This document shows positions 27,101 through 36,868 of a stretch of DNA of 64,000 nt, piece by piece (within the stretch, counting starts at the first letter, position 1; the number at the start of each line of letters is the position of its first letter). The stretch is from Torpedo marmorata (lineage: Eukaryota): contig OZ360239.1 in assembly GCA_977017645.1 (NCBI GenBank), forward strand, positions 43,586,001-43,650,000, in the 5' to 3' direction. A program made the position numbers and the translations under genes. The notes under the pieces are model-generated. The model did no database searches, was not told the DNA's origin, and was given only the letters and a program-made list of their open reading frames with translations.

Positions 27101-28216
27101 CCCCCGCGGCTCGCACGTGTCGCTGCTGTAAAATGGCGGCGGTAGGATCGCTGGAAGTACAGATGCTGGAGGTGCAGGAAGTGCCAGCATCAAAGATGGC
27201 CGCCTCCGCGGCTCACACGAGGCCGGTTCCGGAAGTGCCAGCATCAAAGATGGCCGCCACCGCGGTCTACACGAGGCCGGTTCCGGAAGTGCCAGCGTCA
27301 AAGATGGCCGCCCCCGCGGCTCGCACGAGGTCGGCGCTGGAAGCTGCTGCAGATTCAGGTAGGATGGCTGCCCCCGCAGCTCGCACGCGGCGCTACTCGG
27401 GCCCGGGCGCGACTTGGAGCGGCAGGCCTTCATGTAATGGCCTTTCCTGCCGCATCCGGAACAAGTCGCGTCGCGGGCCGGGCAGCGCTTCCGCGGGTGT
27501 TTTTCAAGCCCGCAGAAGTAACACTTCTCGGGCTCGCGGCTGGCGGCAGCGGCGGTGAGGATCGCGGTCGCGATGGGGTCGGCACAGATGGCGGCGGTCG
27601 CGATCGGGTCGGCACGGATGGCGGCGGCGGCGGTCAGTTCGTTCACCGGGCTAGGGGATGGGGCCGACCACGCTGCGGGCTGGGCCTGCATGGCACCAGC
27701 GTTCTGCTGCGCGGTCTCCAGCGTGTTGACCATCGCTACCGCCCCCGCAAAGTCCAGGTCGGCGTGCTCTAATAGTCTCTGGCGCACGTCTACCGACCTG
27801 AGCCCCATGATGAACGCATCTCGCTCCACCACTCGCAAGTGTTCCTCCGCAGTCTGGGCTTTACAGTCGCACGCCCGTGCAAGTGACTGGATGGCCCTGA
27901 CATATTCCACAGTCGATTCCCCGGTTCGCTGCCTCCGTGAGTAGAGCCGGTATCGCGCGTAGACCGCGTTGACGGGCGCTAGGTAGATTCCTTTCAGGGC
28001 CCCGATGGCTCCCGTGTAGGTTCGGTGTTCTCTTACCGTCGTGTACACCCGATGGCTCACCCTGGAGGTAAGGACTCTCAGTTGTTCCTCTTCACTTTCG
28101 GCTTTCACTGTGAACATGAACGATTCGAGGCAGGCCAGCCAGTGTTCAAAGATGTTACCAGCCTCGGGGGCTAGGTGGTCGAGGTCTAGGATAGCTGGTC
28201 GTAGTGCTCCTTCCAT
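24143..28216 (-). CDS. gag-pol: Gag-Pol polyprotein, 1357 aa from the ATG at 28216
   Basis: Twin Zn knuckles CYFCGLEKHPRKRC and CSGCGRKGHYMKAC; protease LFDTGS; RT IDLKSAYHQ..PFG..YLDD; RNase H ESDAS..EKEAQA..LTDQ..DALSR; integrase H-H-CxxC, IDF, SDRG, GNGQVER. The homologous ATG is at 54638 in the second copy. Confidence 0.96.
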   Translation of the reverse strand: MEGALRPAILDLDHLAPEAGNIFEHWLACLESFMFTVKAESEEEQLRVLTSRVSHRVYTTVREHRTYTGAIGALKGIYLAPVNAVYARYRLYSRRQRTGESTVEYVRAIQSLARACDCKAQTAEEHLRVVERDAFIMGLRSVDVRQRLLEHADLDFAGAVAMVNTLETAQQNAGAMQAQPAAWSAPSPSPVNELTAAAAIRADPIATAAICADPIATAILTAAAASREPEKCYFCGLEKHPRKRCPARDATCSGCGRKGHYMKACRSKSRPGPSSAACELRGQPSYLNLQQLPAPTSCEPRGRPSLTLALPEPASCRPRWRPSLMLALPEPASCEPRRRPSLMLALPAPPASVLPAILPPPFYSSDTCEPRGRPSLSEVEEEEEEEDDAYLSAVEEEDDEYIATLASVTLDQSIPHQLARSMMDILVEGHKTTCLFDTGSTESFIHPDTVQRCGLTIIPVSQKVAMASGAHTTDIRGACVADIVVQGTKYKHFSLLIMNRLCAPVLLGLDFQSHLRSVTMRYDGPHPAITVVNPQFLNNEPQTTCGLSTLKISPPSLFANLTPDCKPVATKSRRYSSEDRAFIRAEVQRLLQEGIIEKSNSPWRAQVVVVKGAKRRMVVDYSQTINRFTLLDAYPLPRIADMVNQITQYKVFSTIDLKSAYHQLPIRREDRQYTAFEADGKLFHFLRVPFGVTNGVSVFQREMNNIVDVYKLKATFPYLDDITICGLDRQDHDTNLRKFLQAAKALNLTYNKDKCVFGTTRLAILGYVVENGVIGPDPDRMRPLLELPLPSTPKALKRCLGFFSYYAQWVPNYADKARPLVKSTVFPLGSEARKAFDLIKGDIARATMHAVDEETPFQVESDASDFALAATLNQAGRPVAFFSRTLQGPEIRHSAVEKEAQAIVEAIRHWRHYLAGKRFTLLTDQRSVAFMFNNQQRGKIKNDKIMRWRIELSTYNYDICYRPGKLNEPSDALSRGSCASAQVDRLHALHDLLCHPGVTRLFHFVKAQNLPYSLEEVRALTRDCRVCAECKPQFYRPDRAQLIKATRPFERLSIDFKGPLPSTNRNVYFLNIVDEYSRFPFAIPCPDTSVTSTIKALHQVFTLFGFPNYIHSDRGAAFMSEELRRYLQDRGIATSRTTAYNPRGNGQVERENATVWKAALLALKSKGWPVSRWQDVLPEALHSIRSLLCTSTNATPHERFLSFPRKSTTGTSLPAWLMSPGPVLLRNHLRSSKYEPTVQRVQLAHANPQYAYVVFPDGREDTVSIRDLAPDGAPVGHSDGQVHVPQNTQQPLPNAPPDVLDPAPSTASQSFREARQEATAQTTLPPPPSLISSPAPQPDPPLRRSQRKIRPPDRLDL
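27085..27390 (-). repeat. 54-bp coding tandem repeat in gag (18 aa, CEPRGRPSLMLALPEPAS)
   Basis: About three near-perfect units from 27177 plus degenerate partial units; followed in the protein by a (GAA)n poly-Glu tract at about 27020-27080. Confidence 0.9.
27555..27632 (-). repeat. 30-bp coding repeat (AIRADPIATA/AICADPIATA)
   Basis: Visible in both the DNA and the protein. Confidence 0.85.
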
Positions 28217-28222
28217 CAGAAG

Positions 28223-28239
28223 TTCTTTAGCCAATAAAA
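28223..28239 (-). other. Non-tRNA primer-binding-site position, complementary to the element's own LTR
   Basis: TTTTATTGGCTAA-A-GAA, 1 nt after the 5' LTR, is the reverse complement of LTR TTC-TTAGCCAATAAAA (28295-28310). Confidence 0.85.
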
Positions 28240-28240
28240 T

Positions 28241-28493
28241 TGATAGGCCTATCAATAACAACTCGAAGACTGTGAGAGCGAGTGAATCATAGGCTTTTAT
28301 TGGCTAAGAATGGAGCTGAGCTTCCTCCTCGATCAGGTCCGGACTGAAGGGGGATGGCCGAGATACAGTGGCCTTTATTCAGGTGAGGAAAGGGGAGGGA
28401 TTACCTGGACACCCAAGGGAGGGGAGGGAGTAGCATCAGTCCGGCCCGCAGTACCTATACGTACCACCAATACAAGCACAGTGGTTTACCACA
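28241..28493 (-). repeat. 5' LTR (253 bp)
   Basis: Identical by eye to the 3' LTR; ends 24 nt before the gag ATG. Confidence 0.97.
28296..28380 (-). promoter_or_regulatory. Putative LTR core promoter and polyA signal
   Basis: TATA-like GAATAAAG (28373-28380), Inr-like TCAGT (28343-28347) and AATAAA (28296-28301). CCTGAATAAAGGCCA, CAGTCCGG and the second AATAAA are kept in all three LTR types; functional roles are inferred. Confidence 0.55.
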
Positions 28494-29235
28494 GTCACCT
28501 TGCGCTCAATGTCAGCAAAAGCAAGGAGATGATTGTGGACTTCAGGAGGAAGTCAGGGGAACACGACCCAGTCTTCATCGAGGGCTCAGTAGTAGAGAGG
28601 GTCAAGAACTTCAAATTCATGGGTGTCAACATCTCCGAGGATCGGTCCTGGAGCCTCCACGTTGATGCAATCACAAAGAAGGCTCACCAGTGGATATACT
28701 TTGTGAAGTGTCTGAGGAGATTCGGTTTGTCACCGAAGACTCTCGTAAACTTTTACAGGTGTACCGTAGAGAGCATTCTGGCTGGTTGCATCACTGCCTG
28801 GTTTGGAGGCACCAACTCTCAGGACAAGAATAAACTCCAGAGGGTTGTTAACTCGGCCTGTGACATCACAGGCACCAGACTTCACTCCATCAAGGACATG
28901 TACATGAAGCACATTAAAAAGGCAGCCTCTGTCCTCAAAGACCCCCACCACCCAGGCCATGCCCTCTTCACTCTGCTACCATCGGGAAAAAGGTACAGGA
29001 GCCTAAAGATGAGCACTCAACGGCACAAGGACAGCTTCTTCCCCGCTGCCATCAGATTCCTGAATAATCAATGAACCAAAGACACTGCCTTACTTTTCGT
29101 GCACTATTATTTATATATATTTTTATAGTAATGTCATAAGATGGTTATAATATGAATGTTTGCACTATGATGCTGCTGCAAAACACTGAATTTCATGACT
29201 TGTTCATGACAATAAATTCTGATAAATTCTGAAAT
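28494..29235 (+). mobile_element. Rex1/Babar LINE, right part
   Basis: HLALNVSKSKEMIVDFRR..KFMGVNI..DPHHPGHALFTLLPSGKRYRS..SFFPAAIRFLN*, then 3' UTR and AATAAATTCTGA tail. Confidence 0.9.
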
Positions 29236-30219
29236 TCGTTTTTGGCTGGCATGCAGCAAAGTGTCAGAGTGATAGTGATCTGAACAGTGTCCTATCAGGA
29301 ACCAAGCAGGACTTCTTTCAGTGTCTTTTTCGGCGAGTAAACCAACTTATTGGTGCTTCTGGTGTTATTTCAACCAATTTCACAATGTTTTGTCGGGAAC
29401 AAATGGTCATTGGCATTAAACACAATGACATTCTTGCACACTAAACAAGTTTGGACTTTATTTTCTGAAATATGTTCTTGTAAGCTCAGGTACCAGATAG
29501 ATAATATGAACGTTTTAAACATATTTGATGTTAGAATAATTAAACATTGACACCCTTATACACAGCCCATGCAGAGGATTGCAGAGTAAGAGTGAAAGGG
29601 AATATCCTCAACCTTAAATAATCATCCAGTTATCATCACCAAAATTAACTTTAACTTAGCAATGATAATTCAGGTTTTATTAATGTATGTCATAATAAAA
29701 TTATACATCATACAGTTAAAGATATGCATTATCTTCCCATAAAATTATAACGCTGAATAACTTTTACGGTCATTATCTAAAGTTCCAGAGTAAAAATCTT
29801 ACAAAATCTTACATAATTTATAACCTTTATAAATGCTTGTCAAGCAGCAGAAGCATTGATTGCAGACAAAATTGGGCAGATCTTGTATTAAGACCTGACC
29901 AATGCAACCCATGCATGCTCAAAAGTGAGGGATCCAATGATGAATTGAAACTGCCTCAAGATTTTAGCTGCTCCCAGTGCGGCTGCTTCTCCACTTGAAA
30001 CCCAGCAATGCAGCGATGTTTCTGTTATCCACCAGACTAACTGGCAGCCCTGATGTGGTCAGTGGAGGGGGCAGCAGGAAGGCGAGCTGGCTACAGCAGA
30101 ATGGGGCAAACACAAGTCCTTGTACAGATTTTTGTCTTATTTGGGAAGCAAACTAGAGAAGGTTCCAAATTGTTTCTGGTATTAAAAAAAAGTTGTCTTA
30201 AAAAATTAAATTGGTTAAT

Positions 30220-30600
30220 TCTTTGATTTCTGGGGTTTCTGGGGTTTCAAATAATGAGGTGACCTTATTAGTGCATTTAGGTTCCTAAAGGTCCTCAAGA
30301 GTGTCAATGCTGAGAGGATTGTTCTCCAGTGAAGAAATCTAAAACTAAGAGGAAGATACTTAGAATAAATGGTCCCCTTTTAAGGCAGAGATAAGAAGGA
30401 CCTTCATGTTTCACGGGGCCATGAATCACTGAAATCCTCTCTGCCAGAGAGCTGTTGCAGCTGTCATCAAGTACATTTAAGGATGGAGTAGACAGATTGT
30501 TACAATTTAGAAGAATTAAGGATTATGGGATCCAGACAAGAAAGAAGAGCTGAGGCTTGAGGGCCTTCTGGCACACTCTTACTCCTATTTTTTTTTAATG
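30220..30600 (+). mobile_element. Decayed CR1 3' end
   Basis: ATGAGGTGACCTTATT..., TTTAAGGCAGAGATAAGAAGG, ...CTCCTATTTT terminus. Confidence 0.55.
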
Positions 30601-30739
30601 TTCTTTAAGAAAGAGAACTCCAACTCAACTGGATGCTTTAATTGTTTTCTTTAAAAACAAAGAAATATTTCTAACTTAACCTGCAAATGAAACAGTTCCG
30701 TGCCTTGTGCCTGCATTGAACTGGTGGGTCAACTTGCAT

Positions 30740-30920
30740 GCTCGAATGATTGCTGGAATCTGTGCTGGCAGGGACTTTTGCATCTCGAGCATGCCAGGTT
30801 AGGTTGACCACGAAGGATGGGCTAGACAAGCAGATTCCCTGGCCGTCCAGGTTGGGGATGAGAAACAGGGCTAACAATCCCTCACTCTGAAAGCAGAATG
30901 TGTTACAGAAACAGCAGCAG
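30740..30920 (+). mobile_element. Possible RTE-like LINE 5' region relic
   Basis: CCCTGGCCGTCCAGGTTGGGGATGAG..GGGCTAACAATCCC..TGTTACAGAAAC resembles RTE 5' UTR motifs; recognised from memory. Confidence 0.35.
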
Positions 30921-32754
30921 CAAAATCAAGCATTACTGAACATGTGAAGTGTTCTGGAATCAATGACTCTTCTGACAATCAGTGACCAAAGCTAAAAGGA
31001 AACTGTTCATACAAAGAAAGAAGCACTCAACTGCAAGGAAAAATCTGGAAGTAGTTTTGTGGAACCCAAGGATCAAAATGTTAGCACAGTTCACATCAGA
31101 AGTGGGGCAGTTAAATCCAACAGCCAAGAAATGAAGAGGTGAACTGAAAGAGAAGCTGTGGAACCATTTTACCACCTCTTATTTTATATGACTCTACAGA
31201 GAAAGGCACAATACAAGATACCGGACTCACACTGATGTCAAACTCAAATTCAAGCACACAAATTAAGAAATGAATTCACAGGGAAGTAATGTTTTACTGC
31301 ATGGATGTATTTCATCTTTGGTTGTACAAAAGAGACTAGTGTCTACTTGTTAGAATCTGAAAAGAAGAGAGTATAGCAGAAAATTACACACGACTGAGAG
31401 TTAATAGATAGGGAGGATTCCATTCCAGGCCAGTGAAGGAGGAGGACAAGTGGGAAGGTGCTGGATCCGATTGAAATCGAATCAGGCAGACAAGCCACAT
31501 CAATGTCATGTTGCATCACAGACTCAGAAGATAGCTAGAGCCTGAGAAAGAGCCGGAATTGGTTTGCAGCTCAGTGTGTGGTCTTCTTGGTCCAGAGAGG
31601 AGATTTGATTTCAGCTGAACAGCAGCTGAGCAAGTGACAGAATCTGGCCACAGAAGAGGGGGAGTTTGCAGAAAATAATCTTAGAAAGGAAACAAAAATA
31701 AATGCATCCCTTCTGCATTCTTGTGAGGAGTTGATTATTCATTGTGATTGATATCTTTTTGAACAAGTTATATTGTAGAGCCAACAATAATACCACTGGC
31801 TCTGTACAATGTTGTAATTTTATAGTACTACGGATTATCAATCATGTCCTGAAGGAACAGAACATCTAATATCATATAGTTTGATTAGTCTAATGTACAA
31901 AGTCAATGAGTAGGCAGGCCAGTTATTAAAAATCTTGTCTGCAGAATGCATTACTTTATTGTTGCATCTACTTTAACATTAGTGGTCTCCTTCCACTAAT
32001 AGGTCTTCTTAAAAAGTCCCACAGATTGAAATGAACAGGGGTTGTTAAATTGGTAATAACGGAAGAGTGGTGCCTTTCCATTGCCACTTGCAATTTGCCT
32101 GACAAAAACAGAAAACAATTGGTGAAAGTGACACAAAGGGAGGTTTATTCCAGGAACCAGACTGTTCTCTTCTGTTGAAGCATTCATGAGGAACTGCTTT
32201 GAAATAAAACATGTTACATTATGCCAGGATTATTACTTTGGCTTTGTGATGTTTTATTATATTTTTCAGTTCAAGAAAGACAATGACCTCGCAGAGTTAT
32301 TGGTCATTCCATGCAGAAACAGACTCTTCAGGCCATCAAGTCCGCAGTGACCATCAAGCACCAATTTATATTAATCCAAAATTAATAATATTTTTCTTCT
32401 CCTCACATTCCAATCAACTTCCACCAGATTCTACCATTTATCTGCACGTTAAGGACAATTTTCAGTGGCCGATTCATCTCCCAACTCTCACGTTTTTGAG
32501 AGTGGAGGCAGCAGTGTTCACTGGTTAAGTGTCAGCTCAACTTGATCCCTGCCCTCCAGCAGTGTGATGTCATCAAGCTGGCCGAATGACCAACTACAGG
32601 AACAATTCCCACAAACTACATTTGAGTACGCTACAGAAAAAAATATTTTAATTATCTGTTTTAAATATGTTAAGCAACATTAGATAAGGACTAGAACATT
32701 TGCAATTTATGCTGAAGGATACTACACAAACAAACAAATATAAATGTGCTTGTA

Positions 32755-32950
32755 CAGTAAAATTCCTGTTATCCAGAATTCAAGCAACTGGCTACTTCAA
32801 GCAACCAGCAAAAAGAAATCACGGAAAATAAATGGGTAAAAAATACAGAAGTTTAAAATTGGTGCGCCTCACCGTTAGTTCTCCATTCACGCAACACGTA
32901 GTCTCAAGCAAACGGAAAATTTACTTATCCGGCATCTACCAATCCCCGTA
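32755..32950. mobile_element. Tigger/pogo-like MITE, one end truncated
   Basis: TA|CAGTAAAATTCCTGTTATCCAG terminus, with an internal repeat of CAAGCAA..GGAAAATT..TTATCCGGCA. Confidence 0.55.
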
Positions 32951-34276
32951 AAATATCCTGCTTTTCAATGCTGGGTAGTTTATTGAACAATTATTATGGA
33001 AATCATGAAGAACTTCCATAGAATCTAAGCAATAAAATGTTATATTTTCAGATTATTTTACATCAGCACCAGTTCGTAAAAACACTTAAATACACTTCCC
33101 TGATTTCCTTTCAAGAAAGCTGCAAACAATAGAATCTGAGAGCTAGTTCAGAATTCCATGTAAACCCCACATGCATGGAAATTGCAAAGTAGCTGTGTGT
33201 TTCAGTATAATGATGGCAAACATTGATGGTCTCACCATTAACTTTACCACAATTTCTGGACTGTGAGAGGCAATATTTATGATCTGTAAATGAAAAACTG
33301 AGACACTTAAATTGTTCACTAGAAATTAGTGATAAAAAATAATGGGCATAACAGTGACAAAAATTGACACACAAAAATATTCTTTAATAGTACAGGTAGA
33401 GCTGGGAAATAAACTTTGTATGTACAACACAAAAACAAATTTAAAGCCAAGAATTTGTCTCTGTGATTATCTCTTACATAAAGTGTCAAGTACATTTCCA
33501 TTCTCATTTCGTACATTGGTATATGTTTGCCTACCCTTAAAGTTGCTTTTGTTCTTTATCACACTGAGCAAGATTGATGCTTTCAAAAGTTTTACAAAGC
33601 TAACTTGAGTTCTGTGACACACCAGGAGCACTATTTTGAATTCTTCTTCAGAACCTTGTCTTTGGATGCTCAATTACATCACCTGCTGTTTGGGGAATAA
33701 CCAATAACAAAAAAAATGCGATGAATTGTTTGGATCTTTAAATGATGTGCTTTTGCTACCGACGCAGAACTGAATACCGTAATTAAAACGTTTAAACAAT
33801 CCGTTGTTATAAAAAGAGGAAATTATGCAAAGGTGCTGGATCTTTAAATGGAGAAAAAAGTGGAAAAAACAGCAACATCTAGTTTTGTGTTAAAAACATC
33901 CCGAGTGAGACTGTTGTACTTTCTGTAACATCTGATTTATGTAACCACAGATTGTGCTCACAAAAGATAAAGGTTATCTCCACCCATCCTCATATCATTA
34001 CCCATGACATGCTAATAATCACTTTGACTTATAATTAAGCAATAATGACTAATTTATACAAATTTTCCCAACCTGATATTCAAATATCTGCCCAGATCAC
34101 TGCTGCCTGCATAAACAATAATTGTAGACTTAAAGGTGAAATATATATTGCCTCATGTCTGTTGCTACCAGCTGATGAAAAAGGAGTTATAGCGAAATGC
34201 ATATTGAACACAACTTCAAAAGAATTCCATGGTTAATAGATTCAGTGCTGTGTGATAATATTACGAAGTATAATGG

Positions 34277-34515
34277 ATGGCACAATTAGCATAGTGGTTA
34301 GCACAACACTATTAAAGTGCCAGCGATCTGGATTTGAATCTGGAAGTATCTGTAAGGAATTTGTGCATTCTCCCTGTGACCTGTGTGTGTTCTCTCTGGG
34401 TGCTCTGGTTTCCTCCCACCCTTCAAAATGTACGGGCTGGTAGGTAGGTTAATTGGGTGTAATTGGGCAGCACGGGTTTCATGGGCCGGAAGGGCTTTCT
34501 ACCGTGCTGCATCAT
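34277..34515 (+). mobile_element. tRNA-derived V-SINE (HE1-like)
   Basis: A-box-like TAGCATAGTGG and B-box-like GATTTGAATC, V-domain GGGTGCTCTGGTTTCCTCCCAC, CR1-like tail GGGCCGGAAGGGC. Confidence 0.75.
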
Positions 34516-35289
34516 TAATTTTTTTTTAAAGTAGTAATTCATTCAATAAGGAGGGGAAAATATGATCATGGCAGGATTTAAACAAACTTAAGTTATGGTG
34601 TCTTGAATAGTGTATTGAACCAGTTCCTGTTGACCAAATCCCCCTGCCTGAAATCACCAGTCATGACCCTTCTCCAACCAGGGTTGGATTTCAGATGGCC
34701 AATCTCACCTGGGACTCCAGCTATCTGGTCCCATTTGTGCTGTGGGAAAGCAATGTCACAATCTGCTCGAACGCTTTGACAGCTGGCAAAACCTCCCTCC
34801 CAGCTTTGCCAGCTGTAAAAGCTGTAAGAAATTACTGGAAGTTTTTAAATGTCTGTGATGTTTGGCTTTCTGAATCTGTCAGTAAATCTGGAAACTCCAT
34901 ACTAGACAGCACATGCAATTCGGAGATCTCCAAGTTACTATTCAGAACTGGCAGCATTAACCAGCAAGCGCCAATCCCTCACGTTTGCCAAGCAATTTAT
35001 TTGGGATAATTTATTACCCAAAATAACATATGGAATAATCTACTATTCGAAGACTGCTTATTTTTAGTGCAGCAAAATTCTAAACATTCAATGAGGTATT
35101 TATATTTTTCCCTTTGTACTTAAAATGAAGCTTGCCTCAAAAATGATTCTCGTAACGTGATCTGGTTGGTATGCTTTTTCAGTTTTGCAACAAAAAGCAA
35201 AAGCATGTGTGACACAATTTGTTTAGTAAATGTTCCGATTCATAAATGCAACTTGGCTCAAAAAGAGCACTTTTGCCTCTAAATCATAG

Positions 35290-35765
35290 CATAAAGTTAA
35301 GAAACAGGACCAGGCCATTCACTCCTTGCCCCCTCCCCCATTCAGTAAGATCATGACTGATCTTGTATAACACAAGAATACAAAAGGGCCACTTGACCCT
35401 TGGAGTCTGCTCCACCATTCATCAAGTTCATAGCTGATCGCCCTCAGCTCCAATTACTTGCTCTATCCCCCATACCCCCAGAAACATTAAATATTGAGAA
35501 ATCTATTCATCTCTGTGTTGAATGAACTTAGTGACTGAATCTCCACAGCCCTCCACTGCCTCCTGTCTGAAAAATTTCTCATTTCATCTATATAACCTAC
35601 TCTCATTTTGAGGCCATGACCCCTTGTTTAGGTTCCTCACTCAAAGAAAATCCTTCCTGCCTTGTCAAGCCTCATCAAAATATTATGTTCCACGAAGGGT
35701 TCTTCTTATTCATAAGAACATGAGAAATAGGAGCAGGAGTAGGCCATTTGGCCCTTTGAACCCTT
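35290..35765 (-). mobile_element. Stacked CR1 3'-end fragments
   Basis: AAGAACATGAGAAATAGGAGCAGGAGTAGGCCATT is the reverse complement of a CR1 terminus; the last piece continues at 40935. Confidence 0.65.
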
Positions 35766-36677
35766 TATACAGTAGATTGTATAAAGGAAGGGGACGAGTC
35801 AGCATACAGGATGGAGATTGAAAACCTGGCTGAATGGTGCAACAACAATAACCTTGCACTCAATGTCACCAAAACTAAGGAGCTGATTGTTGACTTCAGG
35901 AAAGGAAAACAAGAGGTGTACAATCCAGTGATCATTGGGGGATCAGAGGTGGAGAGGGTGAGCAAAGTTAGGTTCTTGGGAGTCACTATCTCGGACGATC
36001 TTTCCTGGACCCAACACACCAATGGCATCGTGAAGAAAGCACATCAGCGCCTCTAATTCCTCAGGAGTTTGCAGAGGTTTGGTATGACACCAGAAACCCT
36101 GGCAAATTTCTACAGATGTGTGGTAGAAAGTGTGCTGACTGGCTGCATCACGGTCTGGTATGGGAACACCAATACCCCTGAGCATAAAGCCCTCCAAAAG
36201 GTAGTGGACACAGCCCAGGATATTACTGGCAAAACCTTCCCCACTATTGAGTACATCTACAGGGAACGCTGCCGTCGGAGGGCAGCAGCAATCATCAAAG
36301 ACCCACACCACCCAGCACACGCTCTGTTCTCGCTGCTGCCATCAGGAAAGAGGTATAGGTGCCACAAGACTTGCACCACCAGGTTTAGGAACAGCTGCTA
36401 CCCCTCTACCATCAGACTCCTCAACGACAAACTCAATCAGAGACTCATTTAAGGACTCTTACTCATGCATTTTGTTGATTCTTCTTTGCTCTCTCTGTAT
36501 TGCACAGTCAGTTTCATTTTCATTTTCAGTTTCATTCGTTACCTGTTAGCAGTTCTTTTGATTGTTTACATGTTTACGCTGTGTACAGTTTACATTTTGC
36601 ACAACCAATTAGTGGTAATTCTGCCGTGCCCGCAGGAAAAAGAATGTCAGGGTTGTATGTGATGTCATGTATGTAAG
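35766..36677 (+). mobile_element. Rex1/Babar LINE 3' part (tail continues at 40901-40934)
   Basis: EIENLAEWCNNNNLALNVTKTKELIVDF..DPHHPAHALFSLLPSGKRYR; the 3' UTR resumes after the LTR as GTACTCTGACTATAAATCTGAAATCTGAAATCTG. Confidence 0.88.
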
Positions 36678-36868
36678 TGTGGTAAACCACTATGTATGGG
36701 TTGTGGGCTGGGTGAGATGTCTGGACATGCCCCTGCTGACTGTCCCGGTGGCTCCTCCCACAAACTCCCTGAATAAAGGCCATTGTGCCACCGCTCCTCC
36801 CCCAGTCCGGAACAGATCACCAGCACGAATGTAGCTCCATTCTTTTGCCAATAAAGGCCTTTCAGTTC

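Larger units (their letters stand above)
23795..28493 (-). mobile_element. Full-length Gypsy (Ty3/Gypsy, probably Mag-like) LTR retrotransposon, 4699 bp
   Basis: Two 253-bp TG...CA LTRs, a PPT, and one uninterrupted Gag-PR-RT-RNaseH-IN ORF; CpG-rich relative to the flanks. Confidence 0.97.

Noticed and set aside
27177-27340. CRISPR-like array
   Set aside because: Head-to-tail coding repeats without unique spacers, in a eukaryotic context with no cas genes.
27007-27944. Plus-strand ORFs of 111-183 aa opposite gag
   Set aside because: Shadow ORFs of GC-rich repetitive coding sequence; no recognisable domain.
28225-28233. TGGCTAAAG after the 5' LTR as a tRNA PBS
   Set aside because: It starts 7 nt from the LTR, I recognise no tRNA 3' end matching beyond about 5 nt, and the sister element has TAAC at this position; self-complementarity explains it fully.
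28217-28261. TTG start giving 1372 aa
   Set aside because: The extension lies in the LTR/PBS; the conserved ATG at 28216 is the likely start.
28310-29074. 254-aa ORF as a novel gene
   Set aside because: Chance in-frame fusion of antisense LTR sequence and the Rex1 ORF2 C-terminus.
30055-30080. CTCF-like site
   Set aside because: Only a partial match to the consensus; not supportable without data.
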